Shown here: positions 1-14,042 of the stretch, piece by piece
How positions within the stretch are numbered: the first letter of the stretch is position 1
How the letters are laid out: each line of letters opens with the position of its first letter
Assembly (NCBI GenBank): GCA_964016885.1
Contig: OZ024743.1
Location: 49,476,001 to 49,540,000, forward strand
Length of the DNA stretch: 64,000 nt
From: Eledone cirrhosa
Taxonomy: Eukaryota
Direction of reading: 5' to 3'
Program-made: the position numbers and the translations under genes
Notes under the pieces: generated by a model
What the model was told of the DNA's origin: nothing
What the model saw: the letters and a program-made list of their open reading frames with translations, nothing else
Databases searched by the model: none

Positions 1-1470
1 TGGCTTTGTGCCAAAAGTAGAAACAATTATTCTATGTATCCTTTTCTAAGATGGTAAGGGTGGGATTTGTAGGAGGTTTGGCTGCATTATCTAACAGATT
101 GGATGACCAATGCACAAAGATATCCCCTCATTGGCTTCACTATTGTTTGGTATTGGCATTAATTGCCTTTATTAAAGACATCTCTACAATATAAATCGTT
201 AGCTAAGTGACCATTTCCAGCTAATTACAGAAAATGTTTGACAAGTGTAGTTGGGAGATAAGTCCTTCCCTAAAGTTTATTGTTGTTGTTGCTATTATTG
301 TGGTGGAAAAAGTAAAGTGATAGTTAAGCGGCTTATCTTCTCAGGCCAGTCTTCATTCTAGTTGATCTGCTTGTCTTAATTGGCTCATCTCTTAATTGTT
401 ATAATTAGGTCTAAGTGTACATTTAGCAGTAAATTGATTGAACTGGTGAATTAGCAAAGTTGTTAGAGTGTTGGAAAGAATAGTTTGTGGCATCTGTTTC
501 AATTCTCAGTTCTCTGGATTCCTGCTGAAGTCAGTTTTGTATTTCGTTCTTTTAGTGTCTCTATATAAAACAACCAGCGGCTGATAAATCGGTGTAATTG
601 TTAAAGCTTTGAATTGAATACCTTGTGGTATCTTTTCTGGTTCTATATGTATCTAGGGTGGGTAAAATTCCCGAGATGATCTTTTCAGTGGCTGATAATA
701 CCTTACCGGCGCCACTCGAATAAGGTAATTATTTAACCCATAAATGGGGCCCTAACAGGTACTACTGCTCTGAGCCAGAGCAGACCTGGGAGTTATGACA
801 ACTAAGGGGTAACTCCACATTCCCCACAGCTCCTGAACTCTCGAACTGGAGCCTTGCTATTGGATGCAGTTTAATGTCATACCAAGGACAGGCTCTATAT
901 GTTTTTAGTTCAAATCCCACCTCCTGTCACTAGAGAAGGTTGAACAGTGACATTTCTGCCTGGAATTGTGACCAACAAATATAGTATGAGCAATGAGAAA
1001 GATTAATGGAAACATTGTTTTCTTGGTTTGATTTGGAGAATCTTCTGATCAATTACCATCATCTTTACAATCGGATGTTAAATGAGGATGAAATGTGTGT
1101 TCCTGTGTGAGTGTATGTACTTTGACAGTGACATTTGTTTATGTACCACACAAACAGTACTCTCTCTAGCTCAACATTTCAATATGCAAAGATTAGTACT
1201 TTACTTGAAAAAACAAAAGACACAAACAAACAAAGCAAAACAAAAAAATAAACAATTAAGGGTTAGAGTCAGGAAGGACATCTGGCCATAGAACACTGCT
1301 CCTAAAATGTTTCACCCAACCGATGCTGGAAATGGAAAAGTGGGTGTAATGATGTCAAGCAGGGAATTTATTAAGCTATATCACTAACATTGTATCTTGT
1401 ACATATTTTAGCAGGGTGTAACTCTACTGAAATATAACTGTGTTATAGAAAGGTGTAAGCTGATAACAAT

Positions 1471-4400
1471 GTGTAGCTGTACTAGTTGTGTACCAGTATA
1501 CCACTGTATGGTAGTAAACTGTAGCTGTAGTAATATGTTTATATCTATATACCACAGTATGATAGTAACTATAGCTGTACTAGTATGTTTATATCTATAT
1601 ACCACAGTATGATAGTAACTATAGCTGTACTAGTATGTTTATATCTATATACCACAGTATGATAGTAACTATAGCTGTATTAGTATGTTTATATCTATAT
1701 ACCACAGTGTGATAGTAAACTGTACCTGTATTAGTATGTTTATATCTATATACCACTGTGTGATAGTAAACTGTAGCTGTACTAGTATGTTTATATCTAT
1801 ATACCACTGTTTGATAGTAAAGTATAGCTGTATTAGTATGTTTATATCTATATACCACTGTGTGATAGTAAAGTATAGCTGTACTAGTATGTTTATATCT
1901 ATATACCACAGTATGATAGTAACTATAGCTGTACTAGTATGTTTATATCTATATACCACAGTATGATAGTAACTATAGCTGTACTAGTATGTTTATATCT
2001 ATATACCACAGTGTGATAGTAAACTGTAGCTGTACTAGTATGTTTATATCTATATACCACAGTATGATAGTAACTATAGCTGTACTAGTATGTTTATATC
2101 TATATACCACAGTGTGATAGTAAACTGTAGCTGTACTAGTATGTTTATATCTATATACCACTGTGTGATAGTAAACTGTAGCTGTACTAGTATGTTTATA
2201 TCTATATACCACAGTATGATAGTAACTATAGCTGTACTAGTATGTTTATATCTATATACCACTGTGTGATAGTAAACTGTAGCTGTACTAGTATGTTTAT
2301 ATCTATATACCACAGTATGATAGTAACTATGGCTGTACTAGTATGTTTATATCTATATACCACAGTATGATAGTAACTATAGCTGTACTAGTATGTTTAT
2401 ATCTATATACCACAGTATGATAGTAACTATAGCTGTATTAGTATGTTTATATCTATATACCACAGTGTGATAGTAAACTGTACCTGTATTAGTATGTTTA
2501 TATCTATATACCACTGTGTGATAGTAAACTGTAGCTGTACTAGTATGTTTATATCTATATACCACAGTATGATAGTAACTATGGCTGTACTAGTATGTTT
2601 ATATCTATATACCACAGTATGATAGTAACTATAGCTGTACTAGTATGTTTATATCTATATACCACTGTATGATAGTAAACTGTAGCTGTACTAGTATGTT
2701 TATATCTATATACCACTGTTTGATAGTAAAGTATAGCTGTATTAGTATGTTTATATCTATATACCACTGTGTGATAGTAAAGTATAGCTGTACTAGTATG
2801 TTTATATCTATATACCACAGTATGATAGTAACTATAGCTGTACTAGTATGTTTATATCTATATACCACAGTATGATAGTAACTATAGCTGTACTAGTATG
2901 TTTATATCTATATACCACAGTGTGATAGTAAACTGTAGCTGTACTAGTATGTTTATATCTATATACCACAGTATGATAGTAACTATAGCTGTACTAGTAT
3001 GTTTATATCTATATACCACAGTGTGATAGTAAACTGTAGCTGTACTAGTATGTTTATATCTATATACCACTGTGTGATAGTAAACTGTAGCTGTACTAGT
3101 ATGTTTATATCTATATACCACAGTATGATAGTAACTATAGCTGTACTAGTATGTTTATATCTATATACCACTGTGTGATAGTAAACTATAGCTGTACTAG
3201 TATGTTTATATCTATATACCAGTGTGTGATAGTAACCATAGCTGTACTAGTATGTTTATATCTATATACCACAGTATGATAGTAGCTATAGCTGTACTAG
3301 TATGTTTATATCTATATACCACAGTATGATAGTAACTATAGCTGTACTAGTATGTTTATATCTATATACCACTGTGTGATAGTAAACTGTAGCTGTATTA
3401 GTATGTTTATATTTATATACCACTGTGATAGTAAAATATAGCTGTACTAGTATGTTTATATCTATATACCACAGTATGATAGTAAACTGTAGCTGTACTA
3501 GTATGTTTATATCTATATACCACTGTATGATAGTAAACTATAGCTGTACTAGTATGTTTATATCTATATACCACATTGTGATAGTAAACTGTAGCTGTAC
3601 TAGTATGTTTATATCTATATACCACAGTATGATAGTAAACTATAGCTGTACTAGTATGTTTATATCTATATACCAGTGTGTGATAGTAACTATAGCTGTA
3701 CTAGTATGTTTATATCTATATACCACAGTATGATAGTAACCATAGCTGTACTAGTATGTTTATATCTATATACCAGTGTGTGATAGTAACTATAGCTGTA
3801 CTAGTATGTTTATATCTATATACCACTGTGTGATAGTAAACTATAGCTGTACTAGTATGTTTATATCTATATACCACAGTATGATAGTAACTATAGCTGT
3901 ACTAGTATGTTTATATCTATATACCAGTGTATGATAGTAAACTATAGCTGTACTAGTATGTTTATATCTGTATACCACAGTATGATAGTAACTATAGCTG
4001 TACTAGTATGTTTATATCTATATACCACAGTATGATAGTAACTATAGCTGTACTAGTATGTTTATATCTATATACCACAGTATGATAGTAACTATAGCTG
4101 TATTAGTATGTTTATATCTATATACCACAGTGTGATAGTAAACTGTACCTGTATTAGTATGTTTATATCTATATACCACTGTGTGATAGTAAACTGTAGC
4201 TGTACTAGTATGTTTATATCTATATACCACTGTGTGATAGTAAACTGTAGCTGTACTAGTATGTTTATATCTATATACCACAGTATGATAGTAACTATGG
4301 CTGTACTAGTATGTTTATATCTATATACCACAGTATGATAGTAACTATAGCTGTACTAGTATGTTTATATCTATATACCACAGTATGATAGTAACTATAG

Positions 4401-7400
4401 CTGTACTAGTATGTTTATATCTATATACCACAGTATGATAGTAACTATGGCTGTACTAGTATGTTTATATCTATATACCACAGTATGATAGTAACTATAG
4501 CTGTACTAGTATGTTTATATCTATATACCACTGTATGATAGTAACCATAGCTGTACTAGTATGTTTATATCTATATACCACTGTGTGATAGTAAACTGTA
4601 GCTGTACTAGTATGTTTATATCTATATACCACTGTTTGATAGTAAAGTATAGCTGTATTAGTATGTTTATATCTATATACCACTGTGTGATAGTAAAGTA
4701 TAGCTGTACTAGTATGTTTATATCTATATACCACAGTATGATAGTAACTATAGCTGTACTAGTATGTTTATATCTATATACCACAGTATGATAGTAACTA
4801 TAGCTGTACTAGTATGTTTATATCTATATACCACAGTGTGATAGTAAACTGTAGCTGTACTAGTATGTTTATATCTATATACCACTGTGTGATAGTAAAC
4901 TGTAGCTGTACTAGTATGTTTATATCTATATACCACTGTGTGATAGTAAACTGTAGCTGTACTAGTATGTTTATATCTATATACCACTGTGTGATAGTAA
5001 ACTGTAGCTGTACTAGTATGTTTATATCTATATACCACAGTATGATAGTAACTATAGCTGTACTAGTATGTTTATATCTATATACCACTGTGTGATAGTA
5101 AACTATAGCTGTACTAGTATGTTTATATCTATATACCAGTGTGTGATAGTAACCATAGCTGTACTAGTATGTTTATATCTATATACCACAGTATGATAGT
5201 AGCTATAGCTGTACTAGTATGTTTATATCTATATACCACAGTATGATAGTAACTATGGCTGTACTAGTATGTTTATATCTATATACCACAGTATGATAGT
5301 AACTATAGCTGTACTAGTATGTTTATATCTATATACCACAGTATGATAGTAACTATAGCTGTACTAGTATGTTTATATCTATATACCACTGTGTGATAGT
5401 AAACTGTAGCTGTACTAGTATGTTTATATCTATATACCACAGTATGATCGTAACTATAGCTGTACTAGTATGTTTATATCTATATACCACAGTATGATAG
5501 TAACTATAGCTGTACTAGTATGTTTATATCTATATACCACTGTATGATAGTAAACTATAGCTGTACTAGTATGTTTATATCTATATACCACAGTATGATA
5601 GTAACTATAACTGTACTAGTATGTTTATATCTATATACCACTGTGTGATAGTAAAGTATAGCTGTACTAGTATGTTTATATCTATATACCACTGTGTGAT
5701 AGTAAAGTATAGCTGTACTAGTATGTTTATATCTATATACCAGTGTATGATAGTAAACTATAGCTGTATTAGTATGTTTATATCTATATACCACTGTGTG
5801 ATAGTAAAGTATAGCTGTATTAGTATGTTTATATCTATATACCACTGTGTGATAGTAAACTATAGCTGTACTAGTATGTTTATATCTATATACCACTGTG
5901 TGATAGTAACTATAGCTGTATTAGTATGTTTATATTTATATACCACATTGTGATAGTAAACTGTAGCTGTACTAGTATGTTTATATCTATATACCACTGT
6001 GTGATAGTAACTATAGCTGTATTAGTATGTTTATATTTATATACCACTGTGTGATAGTAAACTGTAGCTGTACTAGTATGTTTATATCTATATACCAGTG
6101 TATGATAGTAAACTATAGCTGTACTAGTATGTTTATATCTATATACCACAGTGTGATAGTAAACTGTAGCTGTACTAGTATGTTTATATCTATATACCAC
6201 TGTGTGATAGTAAAGTATAGCTGTATTAGTATGTTTATATCTATATATCACTGTGTGATAGTAAAGTATAGCTGTACTAGTATGTTTATATCTATATACC
6301 ACAGTATGATAGTAACTATAGCTGTATTAGTATGTTTATATCTATATACCACAGTATGATAGTAACTATTGCTGTATTAGTATGTTTATATCTATATACC
6401 ACAGTATGATAGTAACTATAGCTGTACTAGTATGTTTATATCTATATATCACTGTGTGATAGTAAACTGTAGCTGTACTAGTATGTTTATATCTATATAC
6501 CACTGTGTGATAGTAACTATAGCTGTACTAGTATGTTTATATTTATATACCACAGTATGATAGTAACTATAGCTGTACTAGTATGTTTATATTTATATAC
6601 CACAGTATGATAGTAACTATAGCTGTACTAGTATGTTTATATCTATATACCACTGTATGATAGTAACTATAGCTGTACTAGTATGTTTATATCTATATAC
6701 CACTGTGTGATAGTAAACTATAGCTGTACTAGTATGTTTATATCTATATACCACAGTATGATAGTAACTATAGCTGTACTAGTATGTTTATATTTATATA
6801 CCACAGTATGATAGTAACTATAGCTGTACTAGTATGTTTATATCTATATACCACAGTGTGATAGTAAACTGTACCTGCATTAGTATGTTTATATCTATAT
6901 ACCACTGTTTGATAGTAAACTATAACTGTACTAGTATCTTTATATCTATATACCACTGTGTGATAGTAAAGTATAGCTGTACTAGTATGTTTATATCTAT
7001 ATACCACTGTATGATAGTAAACTGTAGCTGTACTAGTATGTTTATATCTATATACCACTGTGTGATAGTAAACTGTAGCTGTACTAGTATGTTTATATCT
7101 ATATACCACAGTATGATAGTAACTATAGCTGTACTAGTATGTTTATATCTATATACCACAGTATGATAGTAACTATAGCTGTACTAGTATGTTTATATCT
7201 ATATACCACAGTGTGATAGTAAACTGTAGCTGTATTAGTATGTTTAAATCTATATACCACTGTATGATAGTAACTATAGCTGTATTAGTATGTTTATATC
7301 TATATACCACTGTTTGATAGTAAAGTATAGCTGTATTAGTATGTTTATATCTATATACCACTGTGATAGTAAAGTATATCTGTATTAATATGTTTATATC

Positions 7401-7402
7401 AT
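1471..7402. repeat. 50/51-bp minisatellite, roughly 115-120 units
   Basis: Consensus TATATCTATATACCACAGTATGATAGTAA(A)CTATAGCTGTACTAGTATGTT repeated head-to-tail; source of all MVYRYKHTSTA/MFISIYH pseudo-ORFs. Confidence 0.98.
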
Positions 7403-7651
7403 CTTTCAATAGTTCACTAAGTTCCAGATACTATTCTAGGAGCAGGACAATAAAATGGTTGTTAGATTCATGCTTTGATTCCTGATAAGAAAATTACTGC
7501 CTAAGAATTGCTACAAACGACTTTCAGCAGGATTTCTATCAAATATATTACAGATACTATTGGGAGAAAATCAATTGGATGTTATTAGTAACAGGATTTT
7601 TCTAAGATATTGTCCAACTTGCATGAAATATCTTGTATAAATAGGATATCT

Positions 7652-9300
7652 AGTGTAGGTTGGCGATATCAGGTGTAGGTGGGGGATATCAGGTGTAGGT
7701 GGGGGATATCAGGTGTAGGTGGGGAATATCTGGTGTAGGTGGGGATATCAGGTGTAGGTAGGGGATATCTGGTGTAGGTTGGGGATATCTGGTGTAGGTG
7801 GGAGATATAAGGTGTAGGTGGGGGATATCAGGTGTAGGCGGGGGATATCTGGTGTAGGTGGGGATATCAGGTGTAGGTAGGGGATATCTGGTGTAGGTGG
7901 GAGATATCAGGTGTAGGTGGGGGATATCAGGTGTAGGTGGGGGATATCAGGTGTAGGTGGGGGATATCTGGTGTAGGTGGCGGATATCAGGTGTAGGTGG
8001 GGGATATCTGGTGTAGGTGGCAGATATCAGGTGTAGGTGGCGGATATCAGGTGTAGGTGGGGGATATCTGGTGTAGGTGGCGGATATCAGGTGTAGGTGG
8101 GGGATATCTGGTGTAGGTGGCGGATATCTGGTGTAGGTGGCGGATATCAGGTGTAGGTGGGGGATATCTGGTGTAGGTGGGGGATATCTGGTGTAGGTGG
8201 CGAATATCAGGTGTAGGTGGGGGATATCTGGTGTAGGTGGGGGATATATGGTGTAGGTGGGAGATATCAGGTGTAGGTGGGGGATATCTGGTGTAGGTGG
8301 CGGATATCAGGTGTAGGTGGGGGATATCTGGTGTAGGTGGCGGATATCAGGTGTAGGTGGGGGATATCAGGTGTAGGTGGGGGATATCTGGTGTAGGTGG
8401 AAGATATCAGGTGTAGGCGGGGGATATCAGGTGTAGGTGGGGGATATCAGGTGTAGGTGGGGGATATCTGGTGTAGGTGGCGAATATCAGGTGTAGGTGG
8501 CGAATATCAGGTGTAGGTGGGGGATATATGGTGTAGGTGGGGGATATCTGGTGTAGGTGGCGGATATCAGGTGTAGGTGGAGAATATCAGGTGTAGGTGG
8601 GGGATATCTGGTGTAGGTGGGAGATATCAGGTGTAGGTGGGGGATATCAGGTGTAGGTGGCGGATATCAGGTGTAGGTGGGGGATATCTGGTGTAGGAGG
8701 GGGATATCTGGTGTAGGTGGGGGATATCTGGTGTAGGTGGGAGATATCAGGTGTAGGTGGGGGATATCAGGTGTAGGTGGGGGATATCTGGTGTAGGTGG
8801 CGGATATCAGGTGTAGGTGGGGGATATCAGGTGTAGGTGGGGGATATCAGGTGTAGGTGGGGGATATATGGTGTAGGTGGGGGATATCTGGTGTAGGTGG
8901 GAGATATCATGTGTAGGTGGCGGATATCAGGTGTAGGTGGGGGATATCTGGTGTAGGTGGGGGATATCTGGTGTAGGTGGGAGATATCAGGTGTAGGTGG
9001 GGGATATCAGGTGTAGGTGGGGGATATCAGGTGTAGGTGGCGAATATCAGGTGTAGGGGGGGGGATATATGGTGTAGGTGGAGGATATCTGGTGTAGGTG
9101 GGGGATATCTGGTGTAGGTGGGGGATATCAGGTGTAGGTGGGGGATATCTGGTGTAGGTGGGGGATATCAGGTGTAGGTGGGGGATATCAGGTGTAGGTG
9201 GGGGATATCTGGTGTAGGTGGGGGGTATCTGGTGTAGGTGGGGGGTATCTGGTGTAGGTAGGGTATATCATGTGTAGGTAGGGGATATCTGGTGTAGGTT
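7652..9300 (+). repeat. 20-bp G-rich minisatellite, about 80 units
   Basis: Unit GGTGTAGGTGGGGGATATC(A/T) in tandem; strong G skew on the + strand. Confidence 0.98.
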
Positions 9301-9568
9301 ATGGAAATATCCAACATAAAATATCTTTGGCTGATGAGATTTTTATATATTTTGTTATGTTTGTTGTTTTTGTGATATTATAAGTTGTTTAGTTTTCCAT
9401 GTAAGAGAAAAGATGGCGCGGAAGATAAAGACAGAACTAAACAATGTCTACCTTTATAATTGGTTCCAGGGAAATGGTAAAACGGAAGAACCTGTTGACT
9501 AGTGTCACTACCTCTGGTTTGTTTGATTAGTGTACTGGGAATGTGATTTGGCTTGTGTGTGTGTGTGT

Positions 9569-11342
9569 CATCATCATCATCATCAACGTTTAACGTCCGT
9601 GTTCCACGCTTGCATGGGTTTGGACGGGGGTATTCCCACTTGAGGCAAGAGTGATTGTCTTGCTCGCATAGGACTGTCTGGCAGGTTTTCTACAGTTGGA
9701 TGCCCTTCCTAACACCAACCACATTTACAGTGTGGGACTGGGAGGTTTTTACCGTGTTGTCTACACGGCCACATTACAGCGTGGACTGTGTGTTTTTTTG
9801 TCGTGACACCTACACGATCTCATTTGTTTCGGCCTGGATGGTGTGGCACCAACATAACTTTACATAGGAGGGGGTGGTGTGGATGGGGTGGGGGTGGTGG
9901 GACGGGGGTGTATTTTGTTAGAGATGCCTACTGGCTGTAGTAGGTTTTACTATGTATTTAGGTAAGGCGGGTCTTCTCTATTACTGAGTGCCGCCAAAGG
10001 TCTCGGTCCAGTGACATTGTCTTGGAGAGGTGTAAGTGTGTGAGGTCGGAGTTTATCAGCTCGTCCGAGGATTTTCTAAGTCTGCCTATTCCGTGGCTAC
10101 CGTCTATCTTTATTGCCCTGCACTTTGTTATACAGCTATCGACTTTCATGCGCATCACGTGTCCGTACCAACGTAGCCTTCTTTCGAGTAAACAACATCT
10201 GATCCCTCTTATTTCTAATTTTTACCTTAGTTCGTTTATGCTTTGCCGTTCACGTATATTACTATTACACATCCAGCAGAGCATGCAAGCTTCGTTCCTC
10301 TCTAGTCTGCGTATATCCTCTGTACACAATGCCCAGGTCTCACTGCCATGCAACATTGCTGTTCGTATGCAGGCATCATACAACCTGCCTTTCATTTTTA
10401 GGGAGAACCCTTTAGCGGCTAATAGTGGTATAAGCTCTCTGAACTTTTTCCATCCAGTTCTGACTCTAGCTACTGTACTTTCAGAGCACCCTCCCCCCAC
10501 TGCTGATTTTGTCACCCAGGTAACGGAAGCTGTCCACTATTTCTATAGAGCCCTCTGCGCAGTTGTAAGAGCTAGTATTTTGTGGGCACTCGCTGCTACT
10601 TATTGCACCAGAGCACCGCCCACATGTAAAATCTAAGTTCTTAGTTCGCTTACCTGTGATACCACTACATCTTTTATGCACCCATACTTTGCATTTGGGA
10701 CATAAAATGGAGTTTCTACCTACGCCTTTCCTACACACTGAGCATGGCCATTTCCCGGAAGGGACCGCCGCCTTATTTTCTTTCCTACAAACTAGAACTT
10801 TAGTCTTAGCCAGGTTAATTTTAAGGCCTTTTGATTCTAGGCCGTGCTTCCATGTTTGGAATTTCTTCTCTAGCTCGGCCATTGATTCAGCTATGAGTGT
10901 CAGGTCGTCTGCGTATAGGAGTTCCCATGGGCAGCCGGTCTTGAACTCCTCTGTTATAGCCTGAAGGGCAATAATAAATAGTAGGGGGCTGAGAACAGAG
11001 CCCTGATGGACGCCAACTTTTACGCTAAACTCTTCACTATATTCGTTGTTAATTCTAACCTTGCTGACTGTTTCTTTATACATGGCTTGTATAGCTCTCA
11101 CAAGCCATTCGTCGACACCTAGTTTTCTAAGGGCCCACCAGATAATGGAACGGGGGACTCTGTCGAAGGCTTTCTCCAAGTCGACAAAAGCTAAGTAGAG
11201 GGGTTTACTTTTAGCTAGGTACTTCTCCTGTAGTTGACGTACAATGAAAAGAGCGTCTGTGGTACTTTTGCCTGACACAAACCCGAACTGCATTTCATCT
11301 AGGTCAATTCTCTCTCTGATTAGTTGCGCTATTACTTTTTCC
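9569..11342 (-). mobile_element. 5'-truncated RTE-clade LINE (family A), frameshifted
   Basis: ORF 10481-11416 has RT motifs QFGF, FVDLEKAFDRV, GVHQGSVLSPLLF, YADD, followed by RTE-type C-terminal LHGSETW / RLRWYGHV pieces. (CAT)n tail at 9569. Nearly identical to 35621-37390. Confidence 0.95.
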
Positions 11343-11756
11343 ATATATATATATATGTATGTGTGTGTGTGTGTCTGAGAGAAATTTCCAAAGGAAATTC
11401 CTGTTATACGAGACATTCCAATATGAGATATTCCAATATAACCAACCGGTTGAATAATAACAACAATGACAATGATGATGATGTCATGTTGTCTCTGTTC
11501 TGTGTTATGTCATATATTGTGGTATGAAGGAGAATGAATTATTCACACCATCATCATCAGTAACAAAATCAAAGGGAAGAGAAGGTGGATGATGGCAGAA
11601 TTATCTGTGTGGTGTCAATGTTATTACTACAGTTATAAATACAGGAAACAAAAGTATTGTTGTTATAGTTAAACATGTATCAGATTCCTCCTCTGTCTGT
11701 GTAGCAGTGAATGTTTTGATACAGTTTCAGGTAGTCGACTGACTGAGACTTTAGAG

Positions 11757-11990
11757 CAAAACCATCTCCAACAAAAACAAAAAAACATCTCCACCTACAA
11801 CAACAAAACCATCTCCACCTACAACAACAAAACCATCTCCACCTACAACAAGAACAACAAAACCATCTCCACCAACAACAAAAAGAACCACCACCAAAAA
11901 CAGAACCATCAATAACAACAACATCAACATCAACAACCACCAACAAAACCACCACCAGCATTAACAAAAGCACCAACAATACCATCAACA
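11757..11990. repeat. Low-complexity (CAA/CCA)-rich tract with short tandem ~24-bp units
   Basis: acaacaacaaaaccatctccacct repeated, followed by a cryptic (caa/cca)n tract. Confidence 0.8.
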
Positions 11991-12350
11991 CCACCACCAC
12001 CAATACCATCAACATTAACACCACCAACACCAATATCAAATGATACACTAACAGGTGAGCATGTGTCCCTATTACACTGTGGATAAGAAAGAACCAAGGT
12101 CCCTATTACTCTATATTCCTACATTATGGATAAGAAAGGACCAAGGTCGTTATTATGGGATATATAGACACTACAGGTACTATAAACACATACACTACAC
12201 ACATTATGACAGATTTCTCTGCCCCAAGTACATGACATCCCATCATTGACCACTCCTCCTGACTGACAAGAAAAACAACAAATTTTTAAGATTGTTTGAT
12301 TTGATATTTGTTTTTTTTTTGTTTTGACTGCATGCCCATATATAGACTGC

Positions 12351-12446
12351 ACCCCTTGATAAGTTCAGCTAGGTCCCTGCCGTCCTAATACTACTTGGTT
12401 TGTTTGGATCTAGCTGGCGAAACGGCCGGAGCTCAGCTGTCGGGGT
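12351..12446 (+). ncRNA. Type I hammerhead ribozyme motif, U3-A8 core variant
   Basis: Stem I ACCCC/GGGGT; core TTGATAA (12356-62); stem II GTTCAGCTAGGTCC/GGATCTAGCTGGC; GAAA (12419-22); near-palindromic stem III ACGGC..GCTGT; GUC cleavage triplet ending at 12441. Folded by hand. Confidence 0.75.
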
Positions 12447-12715
12447 CCTGACTCTTTTGCTATATATATATATATATATGGGTGCATGAAACTAATAAAC
12501 CTTTGTTTGTACTGCCTCTCTGTTTTGTTCCCTTTCCATTTTTCACTATATATATATATATAAAGTACCCCCCACTCTCCTGAGCGTGAATCTAATAAAC
12601 ATTTGTCGTACTGCCTCTCTGTTCTGTCCCTGTTCAATTTTTTATTATATATATATATATATATATATATAACTTTGATAGGTTTCGGCCAGTATTGGCC
12701 CAGGCCGTGTTTAAC

Positions 12716-12762
<47 letters not shown>

Positions 12763-12770
12763 TTAATTAT

Positions 12771-13980
12771 CATCATCATCATACGTCTGCTTTTCCCTGC
12801 TTGCAAGGGTGGGACAGGTCCTATTCAGCACAGCATCTCTCCACTTGTCATGGTCCTTCATCTCTTCTGTGAGCTTCAGTGATCTGAGGTCTGTTCTCAC
12901 CACCTCTGCCCATATTTTTCGTGGCCTTCCTCTACTGTGTCTTCCTTCTACAGGGATTTCTTGGCACTTCTTTACCCAGCGGTCATCCTCCATGCACATC
13001 ACATGTCCATACCATCGCAGTCTTCTCTCCTGCACACTACAACTTATCCCTGTTATACACAGTTTCTCTCTCAACTCATCTATACTTGGTTGTTCACGCA
13101 CATTGACATTGCACATCCAACAGAGCATGCTTGCTTCATTTCTCTCCAACCGTCGCATATCCTCTGCAGTTACTGCCCATGTCTCACTACCATGCTGCAT
13201 CGCGCATCTCACACTGGCATCATATAACCAGCCTTTTGTACGCAGGGAGAGAAACCTTTCTTTGTCAACAGAGGAAGCAGCTCCCTAAACTTCTTCCAAC
13301 CCATCCTTATTCTAGATACTATGGCATCATAACTCCCCCCTCCCATGCTAATCTGATCACCTAGATACTGGAAGCTATCGACCTCTTCTATAGAACCCAC
13401 CTACATTTGAAAAATGTGTCTATCACTGCGACTTCTACTGTCAAATTTCCCTGTACATCTACTGCATACGTAGTTTTCCCTACCTGTTAGTTTGCCTGCT
13501 ATCCCACTACATCTCTTGTGTACCCGTGATCTGCATTGTGTACATTTTATAGAATTTATGCCAGTTCCTTTTCTGCATATCGAACATGGCCATTTCCCTG
13601 ATGGAATCAGAGTATTGTCCTCTCTTCTAATTATCAACACTTTTGTCTTAGCTATGTTCACTCTCAGTCCTCTTGATACCAATTGCTGTTTCCATAGCCA
13701 GAATTTATTCTCTAGCTCCTCTACTGATTCTGCTGTAAGTACCAGATCGTCAGCATAGAGAAGTTCTCATGGGCAGCCAGTCTTAAACTCCTCTGTTATG
13801 GCTTGGAGGACTATAATGAACAAGAGTGGGCTGAGGACCGAACCCTGATATACACCTACTTGTATCTGTAATTCCTCACTAAACTCCATTCCTACTCTCA
13901 CTTTACTGACAGCACCTCTGTACATAGCTTGCACTGTCCTCACAAGCCATTATTCTAACCTAGTTTCCTTATGGACCACC
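12771..13980 (-). mobile_element. 5'-truncated RTE-clade LINE (family B), degraded
   Basis: ORF fragments HGSETWAV, RLRWYGHV, GRPRKIW, DSFQYLGD and a PHD-like CSIC..CTQC..VHKRC..CSRC; (CAT)n tail; clearly divergent from family A. Confidence 0.92.
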
Positions 13981-13998
13981 ATATGCCCCCCCCCCCCC

Positions 13999-14042
<44 letters not shown>

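Noticed and set aside
1471-7402. CRISPR-like array or repetitive protein gene
   Set aside because: Units are contiguous with no unique spacers, there are no cas genes, the context is eukaryotic, and the 50/51-bp mix breaks all reading frames.
12672-12718. Possible minus-strand hammerhead (GGCC aatact GGCC GAAAC)
   Set aside because: Stem II and GAAA are present, but the core reads only CCTG and no stem I/III can be formed; at best a remnant.
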